A DNA stretch of 63,986 bases, filler included, from Reticulomyxa filosa (Eukaryota > Protista > Foraminifera): assembly GCA_000512085.1 (NCBI GenBank). It is 22 parts of 22 records of this genome, joined end to end, with 100 filler letters (N's around TTAATTAATTAA, not from the genome) between each part and the next. Parts side by side here need not be neighbours in the genome. Positions count along the whole stretch, not along the records: positions 1 to 4,809 come from ASPP01002489.1; positions 4,910 to 9,561 come from ASPP01014794.1; positions 9,662 to 10,963 come from ASPP01047197.1; 19 more parts are not named here. One strand, given 5' to 3'. Positions 1 to 11,063 of the stretch are shown piece by piece. How positions within the stretch are numbered: position 1 is the first letter of the stretch; every line of letters starts with the position of its first letter. A model generated the notes under the pieces. It did not search any database. It had not been told where the DNA came from and saw only the letters and a program-made list of their open reading frames with translations. The translations under genes were made by a program, and so were the position numbers.

Positions 1-1783
1 CAAAACAGCCTCTCATTCAATCAATCAAAGCAGCAGGATCAATACATTTGGCTCACAAATGCTCGAAGAAAATGATGTCCCGATTGTCAACGAACGACTA
101 AAGAATACGTATGCGCGCAAGATGAAAAGAATGGAGCCAAATCGGAATGAAGGATCGATGGCAGAGGATAATTCTGCAATCACTTCTGCAGCAAACGCTT
201 TGGAAAATGATAGCAAACGATCAAGCAATATGATAAACGAGTTGCCCGACAAAATTGATATGTCGCAGACCATCTCCAAAACTCATGGCAGTAGCAATGC
301 CAATGGAGGCGGCAACGATACAGAATTTGAAAGGATTACGCAAAACATTTACCAAGTCATTCGGGCCAACGGCGGGCGTTTGCTCATGTCTCAAATTGCT
401 TCGAAATATCAAGAAACGTTTGGAAAGCCTTTAAATTTCGATGGAAATCCAAAGTACTTTGTGAAGATGGAAAGGTTGCTGCTATTAAACTGTGATAATG
501 GGTTAAGCCTTTGAATGAAAGAAAGGGATAGATAGATAGATAGAGAAAGAGAGAGGAAAAGAAAACTGTGTTAATTGTTGTTGTTGTTGTTGGCCAAAAC
601 AGGTCGGATGATGTGATGCTGTACTACACTCCAGAACCAGCATATAAATTGGTAGTTTCGATATTGAAGCAAAATGCAGGCAGCGCAGGGACAGGATTGC
701 TTGTTAGCGAATTTCGAGAACAGTTAGAACAACGAATGGGAATGACCTTAAGTGGCTGCGATTTCAGTGACTTTTTGATGCGCTGGCGTTTTTGTCCGTC
801 CGAGAAAGTCCGGACGGAACAAAGACAGTGTTGTTCACGCCTCACAGCGGATCGACTGTGTTTTTTGGGAATTTAAATGTCTCTTGCACGGAAGAAGATA
901 TTTACGAAGATTTGGAAAAAGTCGATCCTGCGTGGAGACATGCTTCTGTGCGATTGAAATTGGGCAAGGGATTTTCTTATGCATTTGTGTTAAGCATATT
1001 GTTTGTTTCTCCTTCGCAAGAGAAGAAACGAGCATTATTGTATTACTATTATCATATATTCTCTTGTTTCTGAAATGCATACAGAGATTTTCCAACACGT
1101 GGTGATGCAATGCGCGCTGTTGAACACTTTGATGATAAAGCAGCTTTCAAATCGAAAAATGTCTCTGCTGACATTGAAGCCATTGAACAGCGAAAGCGAT
1201 ATCACAGCAACAACTCCAAGCTACTCAATCTTGGTTCGCCACTCTCTCAAGGCAACGTAAGTACCCCAATCCATGGTATAGACATGACCAATGACAACAA
1301 TGTCAATAGCACTACCAACTCGGCCAAGATGGAGACAAGCGTAGCCAAGGGAATCGAAATTGCGAATAGCAACAACAATGAAAATGTTGTGAATCGCAAC
1401 GATAACATCGATCATCCAAAAAAATCTTCCAATCGAAAAGTGACCGTGTACTTGGGGAATTTAAGAGATTCTGTCACTAAATTGCAGATACTCAATGGCT
1501 TGGCTGAAATCCGTCCCGAATGGCGTGCTCTCACAACTCGATTAAATCTGAGAAGTGGCTGGAGTCATGCTTTTGTTGGTTAAGTTTTTTTTTTTTTTTT
1601 TGAACAAATAAAAAGGTATCCACAATTTATTTCTCCAAACTCATCAATCTTTTTTCTCATTGGGTATCCATAGACTTTGACAACAGTAGCAGTGCAAAGG
1701 AATTAATTTCGTGTTGGAACAACAAACCTCATAAACTAAGTGCCACACGATTACGTTGTGAAATTTCAAAACGGCAAATGTAA
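1..1783 (+). CDS. RNA-binding protein with two LOTUS/OST-HTH-like domains and two RRMs (probably 5'-partial)
   Basis: LOTUS-like IYQVIRANGGRLLMSQIASKYQETFGKPLNF and VVSILKQNAGSAGTGLLVSEFREQLEQRMG. RRMs TVFFGNL..SYAFVDF and TVYLGNL..SHAFVDF. In-frame introns 502-602, 989-1084 and 1579-1673. A one-base frameshift lies in the T5 run at ~789-793. Stop TAA at 1781-1783. Confidence 0.7.
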
Positions 1784-2550
1784 CTACAATCACTTCAATC
1801 TTTTTTTATTCTTTGTTTTTTTTCTCCCCTCTTTTTTTCTCCCTTACCCCATTTTCAATGATATCGGGAGTCAACAATTTCGTTTGTTGGAGTTTTTTTC
1901 CTCTCTTTCCTTTTTGTTCTGATCAATTTCGTTGGTTATTTGTGTGCTTGATAAATACGATGCATAACGCATAAATGCAAAGTTATCGAACTGGTGCTGT
2001 TTTAAAGGATAGAAAGGAACACACTTTATGTGTTTGCGTGGCTTTAATAAGTGTAGGAAAACAGTACTTTTAAGAGAATGTCTTTCTTTTGTTTACCTTT
2101 GTTTTTTATTTTTTGCAAAAGGATTTTTCGGATGGAAAGTGAAACGTTGTTTTAAAGAAAGAAATATCCAAAAAACTTATTTGAGTTAGCATCTCGTTTT
2201 TAAATAAAATTCCTTCTAAAAAAACATAAGTAAAATTTTGAAAATTATAACCAACAAATTGGTTTTTCCTTTAAAAACATTTACTCTTTTTGGAAATGCG
2301 GACGACAATTTCGTGGTTTGGAACACAATTCTAATAGATTAGGAGCATTTTTCGGTTTTGAAATTATGTTTTCTTGTCCCTTAAAAAATGTTACGGAGAA
2401 TGAACACGAAGAAATTTTGGCATTGCATCAGGCCAAAAACTTTAAGTTTAACAATGTAAGGAAAAAAGGAATCAATACTTTTTTTGAAAACCATGTAAAT
2501 AATTTGAAATATTTAAAGTAATGTCCCTCTATCAGCCGAATTTTAAGAGT

Positions 2551-3535
2551 TTATTTTTCTCCTTTGTTGTTGTCCATTGAAAAATCAATATCATGTTGCG
2601 ATGAGGAAGAGCAGGCTGGAATTGAATGTTCATCAAATTGATCACTATTTCCAATATCACTCACAGTCTCTGGTGTCAGAGTCACACCTTTGTGAAGAGT
2701 ATTTGGTTCTTGGTCATCTACGTTGCGGATGGAATTGAGGTGATCCAAACACGGAAGATTTTGTTCTGATGAAGTAGGAAATTGATGAAGCATTCGACTG
2801 GAATTACTTTTTGAGATTAAGAACAAATTTTGAGAGCTCCCTTTTTCACTAGAACGATCACAACCGGTATAAGGAGAATGCGCGATTTTTGTTTGGTCTC
2901 CAGTCAATTTTGTATTTTTTTGAGCATGTAATTGTTGCTCATACGTTTGAAGTTGTTTCCAAAAATTAGAAGGATTTATAACGATTCTGTTGTTTTTCAC
3001 AATTGCATGAGCTGTTTCCAATGGTATGTCAAGCCGGCTCATGAGATACCCAATAACTATTGCCGCGCTGCGACTAACACCGTAGTGACAATGAACCAAG
3101 ACTTTGTAATCTGTTGTTTCCAAAAAACGACCATATTATTTTGCACACGTATATACACATACACTTTTGCACAATTTTCTCAAAACTGTGTTGTCTATCA
3201 AGTACACATTGATCAATGAAATCAAAGCATTCCGAAAAAACAAAAAGTATATCTTGTTCAGGTTCATCTTTCAAATGAACATGTTTGCAGCCAACAAATG
3301 ATAGAGTATGATATGAAGGAATATCATGCGCAACATTTAGAACATGCGTTATTCCTATGCTTTGTAGCAACTTCAGATCTTTGGCGTGGTCACTGTTACC
3401 TATATATAAGCGCTCGATTATTTCGCAAGGGTGAATTGACATGTGCCATTTGTATTCGCTCTTCTTCTTAAAGCTTTTGTTGCAATACGCACAACTGTTA
3501 CAACATTTATCTCCATCACATACAAAGTCATTCAC
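2551..3535 (-). CDS. Dual-specificity protein phosphatase with N-terminal C2H2-like finger
   Basis: EIIERLYIGN..GITHVLNVA..D..EQDI and catalytic VLVHCHYGVSRSAAIVIGYLM..INPSNFWKQL. One short intron ends near 3111. CAYCNKSF..HMSIH lies upstream. The 5' start is unresolved. Confidence 0.88.
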
Positions 3536-4580
3536 TTAACCAGTAGCATTTTTATTTTTATTTTGTTCTTGGAAACTTGCTTGAAACAGAGATAAAAACA
3601 CTCTAACGTTGGGCTGGATGTCACTTTTTTTTTAATGGTGCCCGTAACCGAGCTGTTTTGATTTACAAACGTATTAAGGTTTATACCACAAAATTAATAC
3701 TTATAACACACCGCAACATCTTCTTTTTTAACATTGGTCTTGAAAAATTATCTGATTATGATTCGACTTTTGGCCTCGAGACTACGAACTTTAAACTTGG
3801 ATTTTTTAATTTGCAACGATAAAAAAATTATTCAAGGTAATGGAATATAATGGTAAATTAATTTATGTCAATACGCAAGAGAATAGAAAGATTAAACAAA
3901 AAAGCATTATCAGCTCCAAAAAAGTGCACGGGAGAAGTTGAATAAGAATCTGTATTGTTATTCTGGTGTCAATTCTTAAATGCTTGTACAAAATTTTAAA
4001 AAATAGTGCTTTTTTCCTCTTCATTGAGCTGAAATATCACATTAGATGGCTCCAATTTAATGCAATATGTTTAAGGATCAAAAAAAGTGTCAGTCTAAAC
4101 CGACGTAACGAAAGTAGGTTTTTTTGATGCAAGAGAATTTCGATTAACCTTACTTTCGTTTGAGTGTTTGCAGTACGACTTTTTCTTTTTATGTTTACAT
4201 TTATTTTTAGTTTTTCTTTTATGCCGGCTTATGTCTATGACTTTTTTGCTTTTTTGTTATTATTAGCATCATTATTGTTGCGTGTGTATTGTTTTGCTGT
4301 CATCATCATTGATGTGATTATTATGATGATCTTGATGCTTTTGTTGTCCTCGTCATTTTGTTTATGTTCGTTATCTTTATTATCATGTCGAACAGCAGCA
4401 CAGCACCACGATAAACAATAAAAGGGATGATTATCTACAACCAAATTCAAACACAAGTCAGGAATGTTTCCATATTTCAAGTGAAGACTCTTGTCCAATT
4501 CATGCTCAGATTCCTTTGGTATATCCTCATTAACATGTTATAACCAGAATGCTGAGAAAAAATGGATTGAATGTATTAAT

Positions 4581-4809
4581 TTGAAGAAAAAACATTTTTT
4601 AACAAAAAAAATAAGAAAGCTAGATTTGATTTTGCAAAGAAGTATAAAGAATGGACATTCGATGATTGGAAAAAAGTGCTTTTTTCTGATGAAAGCAAAA
4701 TTAATTTAAGAGGTAGTGACTGAAGACGTCATGCTTGGAAGAGACCAGGAGCACCACTTACCGAAAATGCAATTATAAAAACATCAAAATTTGGTGGTGG
4801 AAGCATAAT
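4581..4809 (+). mobile_element. Decayed Tc1/mariner transposase fragment, truncated by contig end
   Basis: KKKHFLTKK/KARFDFAKKYKEWTFDDWKKVLFSDESKINLRGSD*RRHAWKRPG...KTSKFGGGSI matches Tc1 motifs (first catalytic D in FSDESK; GGGS). In-frame TGA at 4721-4723 replaces Gly, and there is a frameshift in the A-run at ~4604-4611. Confidence 0.88.
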
Positions 4810-4909
4810 NNNNNNNNNNNNNNNNNNNNNNNNNNNNNNNNNNNNNNNNNNNNTTAATTAATTAANNNNNNNNNNNNNNNNNNNNNNNNNNNNNNNNNNN
4901 NNNNNNNNN
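4810..4909. other. Artificial contig-joining linker (first of 21)
   Basis: 44 N + TTAATTAATTAA (stops in all six frames) + 44 N. Identical linkers start at 9562, 10964, 12402, 16329, 18600, 22433, 24270, 26149, 29291, 30620, 32152, 40311, 42868, 45323, 50009, 51556, 55147, 58858, 60970 and 62446. Confidence 0.98.
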
Positions 4910-4999
4910 CAAATAATTCAAAAAAAAAAAATACAGCTAATCAAAAATCTTTCAATTTTATCAAAAAAAAAAAAAAATGAAATGATAAGTAACTTTTAT

Positions 5000-5773
5000 C
5001 TATCTTACATTGTGATGAATCCAATATTGACATAGCAAGTGTATGTCATAGGAGTTGAGATGTGATGTGACGAGTGCGGTTGGGAGTGATGTCCCCAATT
5101 CTGAGCCGGGTGCGATGGAGTGGACGGATTTGATAAAGTTGCTCGGGATCAGTTTTAGTGGGGAGATGGAGTTTGCTTCCGTCAACGCAATGCAATGCAA
5201 TTGATGTTTGCTATGCTTGTGATTGTGAGGTGAGGACATGGTCATCGTCGACTCGATGAACACAAGCGTCGAATTACAATTGCAAAATATATTCGCGATT
5301 TGAAACTTGTTTGCTTCGAAAAAGTCCAGTTTTTGTAACGAGTGGCTGGGATGACCACATATATACAGCATATTGTCGTCCGCTTGAAAAATAATCGATT
5401 GATATGCGCAACTGATACGTACCAACCTGGTTGACAATTCCGTTGGCACATTCGCCAATCGGGTCCATTCTGAATAAAAGTGCGCCGTCGAGGAATCTCT
5501 TTCGCTCTTATTTGCTGCGCTCACGTTGAACTGGTTGGAGTGATTGTAACCAATTGCAAATATACCCACTTGTGAATCTGGAGGAATTATTACATCTTTG
5601 CTAGTGCGACGCCGAGAAGAAAGAATATGATCTTTGAATATTTGTGGTTTCAGGTCTTCAATTTGCTTTCTTAGATTAGCTATGTGCTCGGGGATTATGT
5701 CTATTTCTGCTTGTATCTCTTGAGACAGCTCTGGGTTGATTTCATCACTCCCAGTCGATAAATGGCAACCCAT
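5000..5773 (-). CDS. Putative N-acylated protein with RCC1-like segment (probably 3'-partial)
   Basis: 257-aa ORF starting MGCHLS (myristoylation/palmitoylation pattern), then a coiled coil and GIFAIGYNHSNQF resembling an RCC1 repeat start. Confidence 0.5.
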   Translation of the reverse strand: MGCHLSTGSDEINPELSQEIQAEIDIIPEHIANLRKQIEDLKPQIFKDHILSSRRRTSKDVIIPPDSQVGIFAIGYNHSNQFNVSAANKSERDSSTAHFYSEWTRLANVPTELSTRLVRISCAYQSIIFQADDNMLYICGHPSHSLQKLDFFEANKFQIANIFCNCNSTLVFIESTMTMSSPHNHKHSKHQLHCIALTEANSISPLKLIPSNFIKSVHSIAPGSELGTSLPTALVTSHLNSYDIHLLCQYWIHHNVR

Positions 5774-6101
5774 AGAAAGGATGGTAATATTTTATCGTAA
5801 CTCCTCCTTTTTGCAATTGCCTTTTTTTTTTGAGCTTTTCCCGTTACAGACACTGCGAGTATAAGTATTTTTCGGCTGAGATAAAAGAACAAGCAGCAAC
5901 TTTTTTTGTTACAAAAAACTTTCATATTTCTTTTTGAATGAAATTTTTTGTTAAATTTTAAGATCATACGCTGCCGTCTTGAAAGGAGTTTAGATATGCT
6001 GCATGGAACCTAGGAGTAACAGAGTGTTCAGTGAATAACTTGTTTAAAAAAAGTCTTGTTTTTTTGTTCAAAACTTCATATTACTTTTATCTTAAAAAAA
6101 A

Positions 6102-6922
6102 ATGTCGAACTCTCTCGAATTAAAAGGAGCAGGTACTCCCTCAGTGAATGGGATTTACTCTCAAGTGGAAGAAAAAGTATATGAAAAAATCGAAACGGAA
6201 AAATCTGAGAAATTTCGAATTCAGGTTGAAAAAATCAGCGGATATGGTACTGTGTGGGCTGTCCAACGGACAGACATAACCCAACCAATAACTTTTTATT
6301 TTTTTAAAGCGGATCAGTTGGATCAAGTGACAGCCGGGTAAACGAAAGAACTTTTAACGCGTGAATATATAAACTATACACTAATTTACGTATTGATAAT
6401 TTTTACATTTCACACATAAAAAAAAGTTCTTGGGAAAGCGTTGCCGGTATTGATCCTTGTCCTTCATTAACACTTATTGATTCGACATCTAAACGTACTG
6501 TCAACGAGGAGAAAATAAATGAACTAAAACAAAAGGAAAAATCAGAAAGAGCTAAATGGACAAAACCAAATAAAGATAACAAAGACAAAACTAAAGTATT
6601 GTATTGGAACCGTTTACTTGATCAATGGTGTGAATGTACGATTGATGATTGTCAATCTGGTTATATTAATGTGTCCTCTCGACAACATGACTTTTCTGTT
6701 TGGATTCAGCAAGACTCCGATTTATTGCTACCCGCCACTTTTGATAATCAACAAACTCCTAAATCTTGGAAACGCGGTGCTTTTGTTTATGTTTGGTGTC
6801 GACAATCTCTTCAATGGGACTTAGGCACTGTCGACCAAATCCAATCCGATTATATTTTTGTTAAATGTAAGCAACCAAGATGGATTGCGTCTTCTTCTCG
6901 CCTAATAAGGCCATTATCTTAA
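6102..6922 (+). CDS. Hypothetical protein with two tandem Trp-rich Tudor/SH3-like repeats
   Basis: Intron 6338-6426 joins two ORFs in frame. Repeats KW..VLYWNRLLDQWCECTI..WIQQDSDLLLP and SW..VYVWCRQSLQWDLGTV..WIASSSRLIRP. Confidence 0.6.
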
Positions 6923-7106
6923 CAGCTGACGTTTTTTCTTTTTTGCGTTAATTCATTTCTCATTCATTTGCATTTTGCTTTATCCAGTTTTATTACCGAA
7001 AATTCTTATCTTTTTTTTTTTTGATAAATTATAAAAAAATTTTCTCTCACGTGTGTCAAAAGTTAAAAAAAGCAAGGATTCCTTTGTTGAACTTTTAAAA
7101 ATATAC

Positions 7107-7909
7107 ATGTCCCATCTTTCGAAGCAACATCACGAAAAAGAAGAAGAGGAAAAAAAAGAAGATCCGGAATCCTCTTATTGTCAGAGTTGGAGTTATCCCG
7201 CTTGGTTGGGGACCTATCCCCTTCACCAAGACACAGTACTGGACTATTTCAAACATAGTGATTTCTATGATCGCACATGCAATAATGAAATATTAGCAAT
7301 GCAAATTAACATTGATGCGAATCAACTCCAGTAATGATAACAATAACAAAAAAAAAAGATTATATGTACACGTTTTATCCATACGTTTCAATCCGATTGT
7401 GAAAACACGCACTGCAACAAACAATCAGAAAAATGAAAGGAAAGGAATATTCAGTCGATCGTACGACCATAAAAAATAATCCACTGTACTTATGTATTCA
7501 TGAAAATCTTCGAACATCTGTTCAAGATGTTGAACTAATGAAAGTGTATTATTCTCCTGGTGTCAATGGTCATCCTCATCGTGGTCACATCTTTCCTATG
7601 CCTGTAATTGATATGATTTTTATGAATAAATTAAGAACTGCTATGTTCCATATTAATCATGCCTTTCAGTCCGTTCAAGATATGAAATCACATCAATTGT
7701 CTAGAGGAATGGAATGGGATAGAAATAAAGACACTGAAAAAGACAAAGATAAACAAAAAGTCGAGTCGTCTCATTCTGCCGATATTGCTGATAACCAGTA
7801 CAGTTCTAATGCGCGAAAGAAAAAAAAAGTTACTATTTCCAATTCTAATGAGTATGCTTCATTAGTGGATAGCTTAATTGCCGAGACAATCTCTTCGACT
7901 AACACATAA
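7107..7909 (+). CDS. MED6: Mediator complex subunit 6
   Basis: SWSYPAWL..LHQDTVLDYFKHSDFYDRTCNNEILAMQ..MKGKEY is the Med6 signature. In-frame intron 7331-7428. Confidence 0.88.
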
Positions 7910-9661
7910 CAATAACACTGATTAATACAATTATTTTCTAACAAAATAACTTTTTAATTGGAAAAAAAAAACAAATGCTTTCATTTTAAAACCAGCATTT
8001 CGTTTTTCTATTTTCTTCATTGCAAACTTTTATTATAAATTCCGAGCGAAAGAAAAATATTGACAGCAGCTATTTAAAAAAGTGGTTGTGTAATTAGGTT
8101 TTTTTGGAGAACGGGGACGGGAGTTTTACATTTTTTGTTAAAAGAATAAACTACCATTTTTGAATAAAAATAATGAATTGTCTCGTTTCTTTGAATATAT
8201 GTTTATTGCTGACAAATGTGATTTCTTGACAAAATGTTGTCAAGAAACTATAAATTGTCACAAAAAGGCTTTATTTTATGTTTGTGCTCGATTGACATTA
8301 TATGAATATTCGAATGATTTGCCAAGCAGACAATGAAAGAGTCTGTGTGTTTTGAATCAAAGAACCAACAAAAGTTTCAAGCACGTTCAATTATGAACAT
8401 CTTCAACCAGCTTGTGAAACACAAATGAGCATTAATTTTTCTTCATGTTTTTCCTGTCTTTTTTTTTTTGAATTATTAAGATTAAACAGATATTTATTTC
8501 AATAAATTCTAATTTTCATGTTTCGTTAACAATACTAATACATCCCCAAATGTAAATTTTATAAAAAGTGTTTTTCATGTGATGATGTTGGGGGGTATAA
8601 TTAAATTTCAAACTTGTTATTATTATTCGAAAATACCACCAATTATTGCCCATGTCAAGAGCATTTTGTTCATATAATTTTTTTTTTTTTTGGAAATATT
8701 CATACTTTTTCGTCTACAGAAAAATGTTAATCATCACGCACTATTTATGTAACATGATCCACACTTTTTTGAATTATTACAAAATATTTTATTCATTTTA
8801 TCTTTAAAAAAAAATTGATTTTTGGTTTTATGACAACGTATTTTTAATAACAGAATTATGATACAATCAAATCATTTGATTGTTAGACGAAAAAAAGTAT
8901 AAAACAATTTATAATAAAAAAGCAAGCTAGCAGTGTATTTTTCAATATAAGTAATCGATATATTTGCAATCTCTTTAATCGGTGTTACATTATTTCAGTA
9001 GATGTGATTGTTCAATGAAAATATGGACAAAACGGACAAGTAATAAAAAATTGTTTATTCATCAATGCAGAACCAGTTATAAATATAAGGCATTTGAATG
9101 TCAGTGCATCATTTGCAATGCGTTCATATATATATAATTACATGTTTTGAATTTTGGACAAAGATAGTAGTGAAACATAAAGACATCAAAATGTACGACT
9201 GTCCAATGTCTCACATTGTAGCACAAAATGAATACAAGCAAGAAGCCTAGCAATAATCAAGTTCAGCAAGAGTTGAGCCTCCAAAAGACGGAAGCGAACA
9301 AAATAAAAAAAAGGAAAGAAAAGTCACACTGACGCAGTTTGAGGCTTTCCGCTACACCATTTCGCAATCTTTTCCAGCAACTCCTGATGGCTTCTAGTAG
9401 CCGAAGGCTCCAATATATCACACAAATAATATACTAATTCTGTGTCATGCTCTTGCAAGAACTCGACCTCTTCAAACCAACTCTGAAGTGTTGATGTGAC
9501 CACGTACAAAAAAAAAGTTGTTTTTGTGAAAACGAGTTATAAAAACTGAAACAAAGAACTTNNNNNNNNNNNNNNNNNNNNNNNNNNNNNNNNNNNNNNN
9601 NNNNNTTAATTAATTAANNNNNNNNNNNNNNNNNNNNNNNNNNNNNNNNNNNNNNNNNNNN

Positions 9662-9939
9662 CACTGTTATTGTCGTTGAGGAATTGTTTTAAACAATGCC
9701 CTCCAGTAATCAATGTTGAAAACAATTGATTTCAACTGAATTATTTGCAACTTGATTGCAAATCAAACAAATAAAAAACTAATTTGTTAAATTGGGACAG
9801 CCAATTTCTGTCAAAGCATTATTGACCAAAAGGAACTGGAGCTACTTTAGTTTCAACAAATCTTTGTTGGAACTGGAGCTACTTTAGTTTCAACAAATCT
9901 TTGTTTTTCTTTCTAGTTTTCATCTTCGACTTTACTCAT
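9662..9939 (-). pseudogene. Pseudogene of RING/TRAF-type zinc-finger family (N-terminal part)
   Basis: MSKVEDE..VAPVPFGQ*CFDRNWLSQFN..FICLICNQVANNSVEINCFQH*..HCLKQFLNDN, with stops, frameshifts and a 37-bp duplication. Confidence 0.65.
9832..9905. repeat. Exact 37-bp tandem duplication
   Basis: GGAACTGGAGCTACTTTAGTTTCAACAAATCTTTGTT at 9832-9868 and 9869-9905. Confidence 0.95.
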
Positions 9940-10229
9940 GTTTTTTTTCTTTGCTTTGGTTTGTTTATTTCGTTGAAGGTAATTAGTTCATTGGGTCATG
10001 ATAAATTTTTTTTCTGTTTGCACACATAACAATTTTTATAAAAGAATATTTGCATTTTTATTTTAACCATTAGCATTATATTATTAGATATATTGAATAA
10101 CAAAAAAAAAAAATTTATTGTCCTTAACATAATCATGAAAGTTTATAATTACTTTTCTTTCTTCATTAATAAAAAACACAAAAAAAAAGTTAAACATTTT
10201 TCATTTTACGTCATTGAAAAAAAAACAAA

Positions 10230-10963
10230 ATGACAACTCTTATAAATGATGAACAAATTTTAACTCAACTAATAGTGGTAAGTTTTATCCCAAATTTATA
10301 AAAAGTTGAAGCAAAGATATTTTATAAAATGTAACATTTATCTTTCATTTCAAAATGTTTCTTATGTATACATTAGTTCAGTTTTCCTTTTTTAAACAAA
10401 AGTTCAACCATTTTTTTTCATCTTGCATCATCAAAAAACATATCAAGAAAAAACTAAAACAAGAATGAACTTAAACTTATCAATCAAAGTTAAGTCTAAT
10501 TTGTCTTTATGTTTTTATTCTTTCTTTCTTTATCGCTATTGCATATAATTGAAACAGTCAAAAGAAGAAGAGATCCAAATCATTATTCATCATTGGATTC
10601 GAACATTCAACATTCAATTAGGGTGGATCGAAGATTTTGACAAATTTGTTGTCAAATATGTTAGTTCATTTGTTCTTTCTTTTTTTTATACAACCAAAAT
10701 ATTCAAATGTTTATTTAACATAGGCAACTACATTCTTTATGTTTGACACGTTTCGTTCATCATCCAAATTAATCAATACACTCATTGGACATACTAGTTA
10801 TGTGTGGAGTATTGATTATTCAACATTTGATGATTGTCAATTCATTTGTTCTGGATCAAATGATAAAACAGTTCGTGTATGGGATGTTGATAACAACAAA
10901 CAAATTCAATCATTCGATGGACATTCATCCATTGTGTTTTGTGTGAAATTTTCATCATATCAT
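10230..10963 (+). CDS. WD40-repeat protein (3'-partial)
   Basis: Family N-terminal exon EEEIQIIIHHWIRTFNIQLGWIEDFDKFVVKY, intron 10660-10723, then GHTSYVWSIDYS..CSGSNDKTVRVWD and GHSSIVFCVKFS. Confidence 0.88.
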
Positions 10964-11063
10964 NNNNNNNNNNNNNNNNNNNNNNNNNNNNNNNNNNNNN
11001 NNNNNNNTTAATTAATTAANNNNNNNNNNNNNNNNNNNNNNNNNNNNNNNNNNNNNNNNNNNN

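Noticed and set aside
785-800. Programmed ribosomal frameshifting (also near 13862, 29455, 50850, 52975 and 61620)
   Set aside because: The shifts lie in or next to homopolymer runs, including in conserved XRN1. Sequencing indels or pseudogene decay are simpler explanations.
4721-4723. Stop-codon reassignment or selenocysteine suggested by in-frame stops
   Set aside because: The stops replace different residues (Gly here, Trp at 62332) in decayed genes, while TAA, TAG and TGA all terminate intact-looking genes.
4854-4865. TTAATTAATTAA recurring 21 times as a possible repeat array or CRISPR
   Set aside because: Always centred in N padding of fixed length; a synthetic six-frame stop linker.
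9000-9561. Short minus-strand helical ORF fragments
   Set aside because: Interrupted and truncated by the contig end; cannot be assigned.
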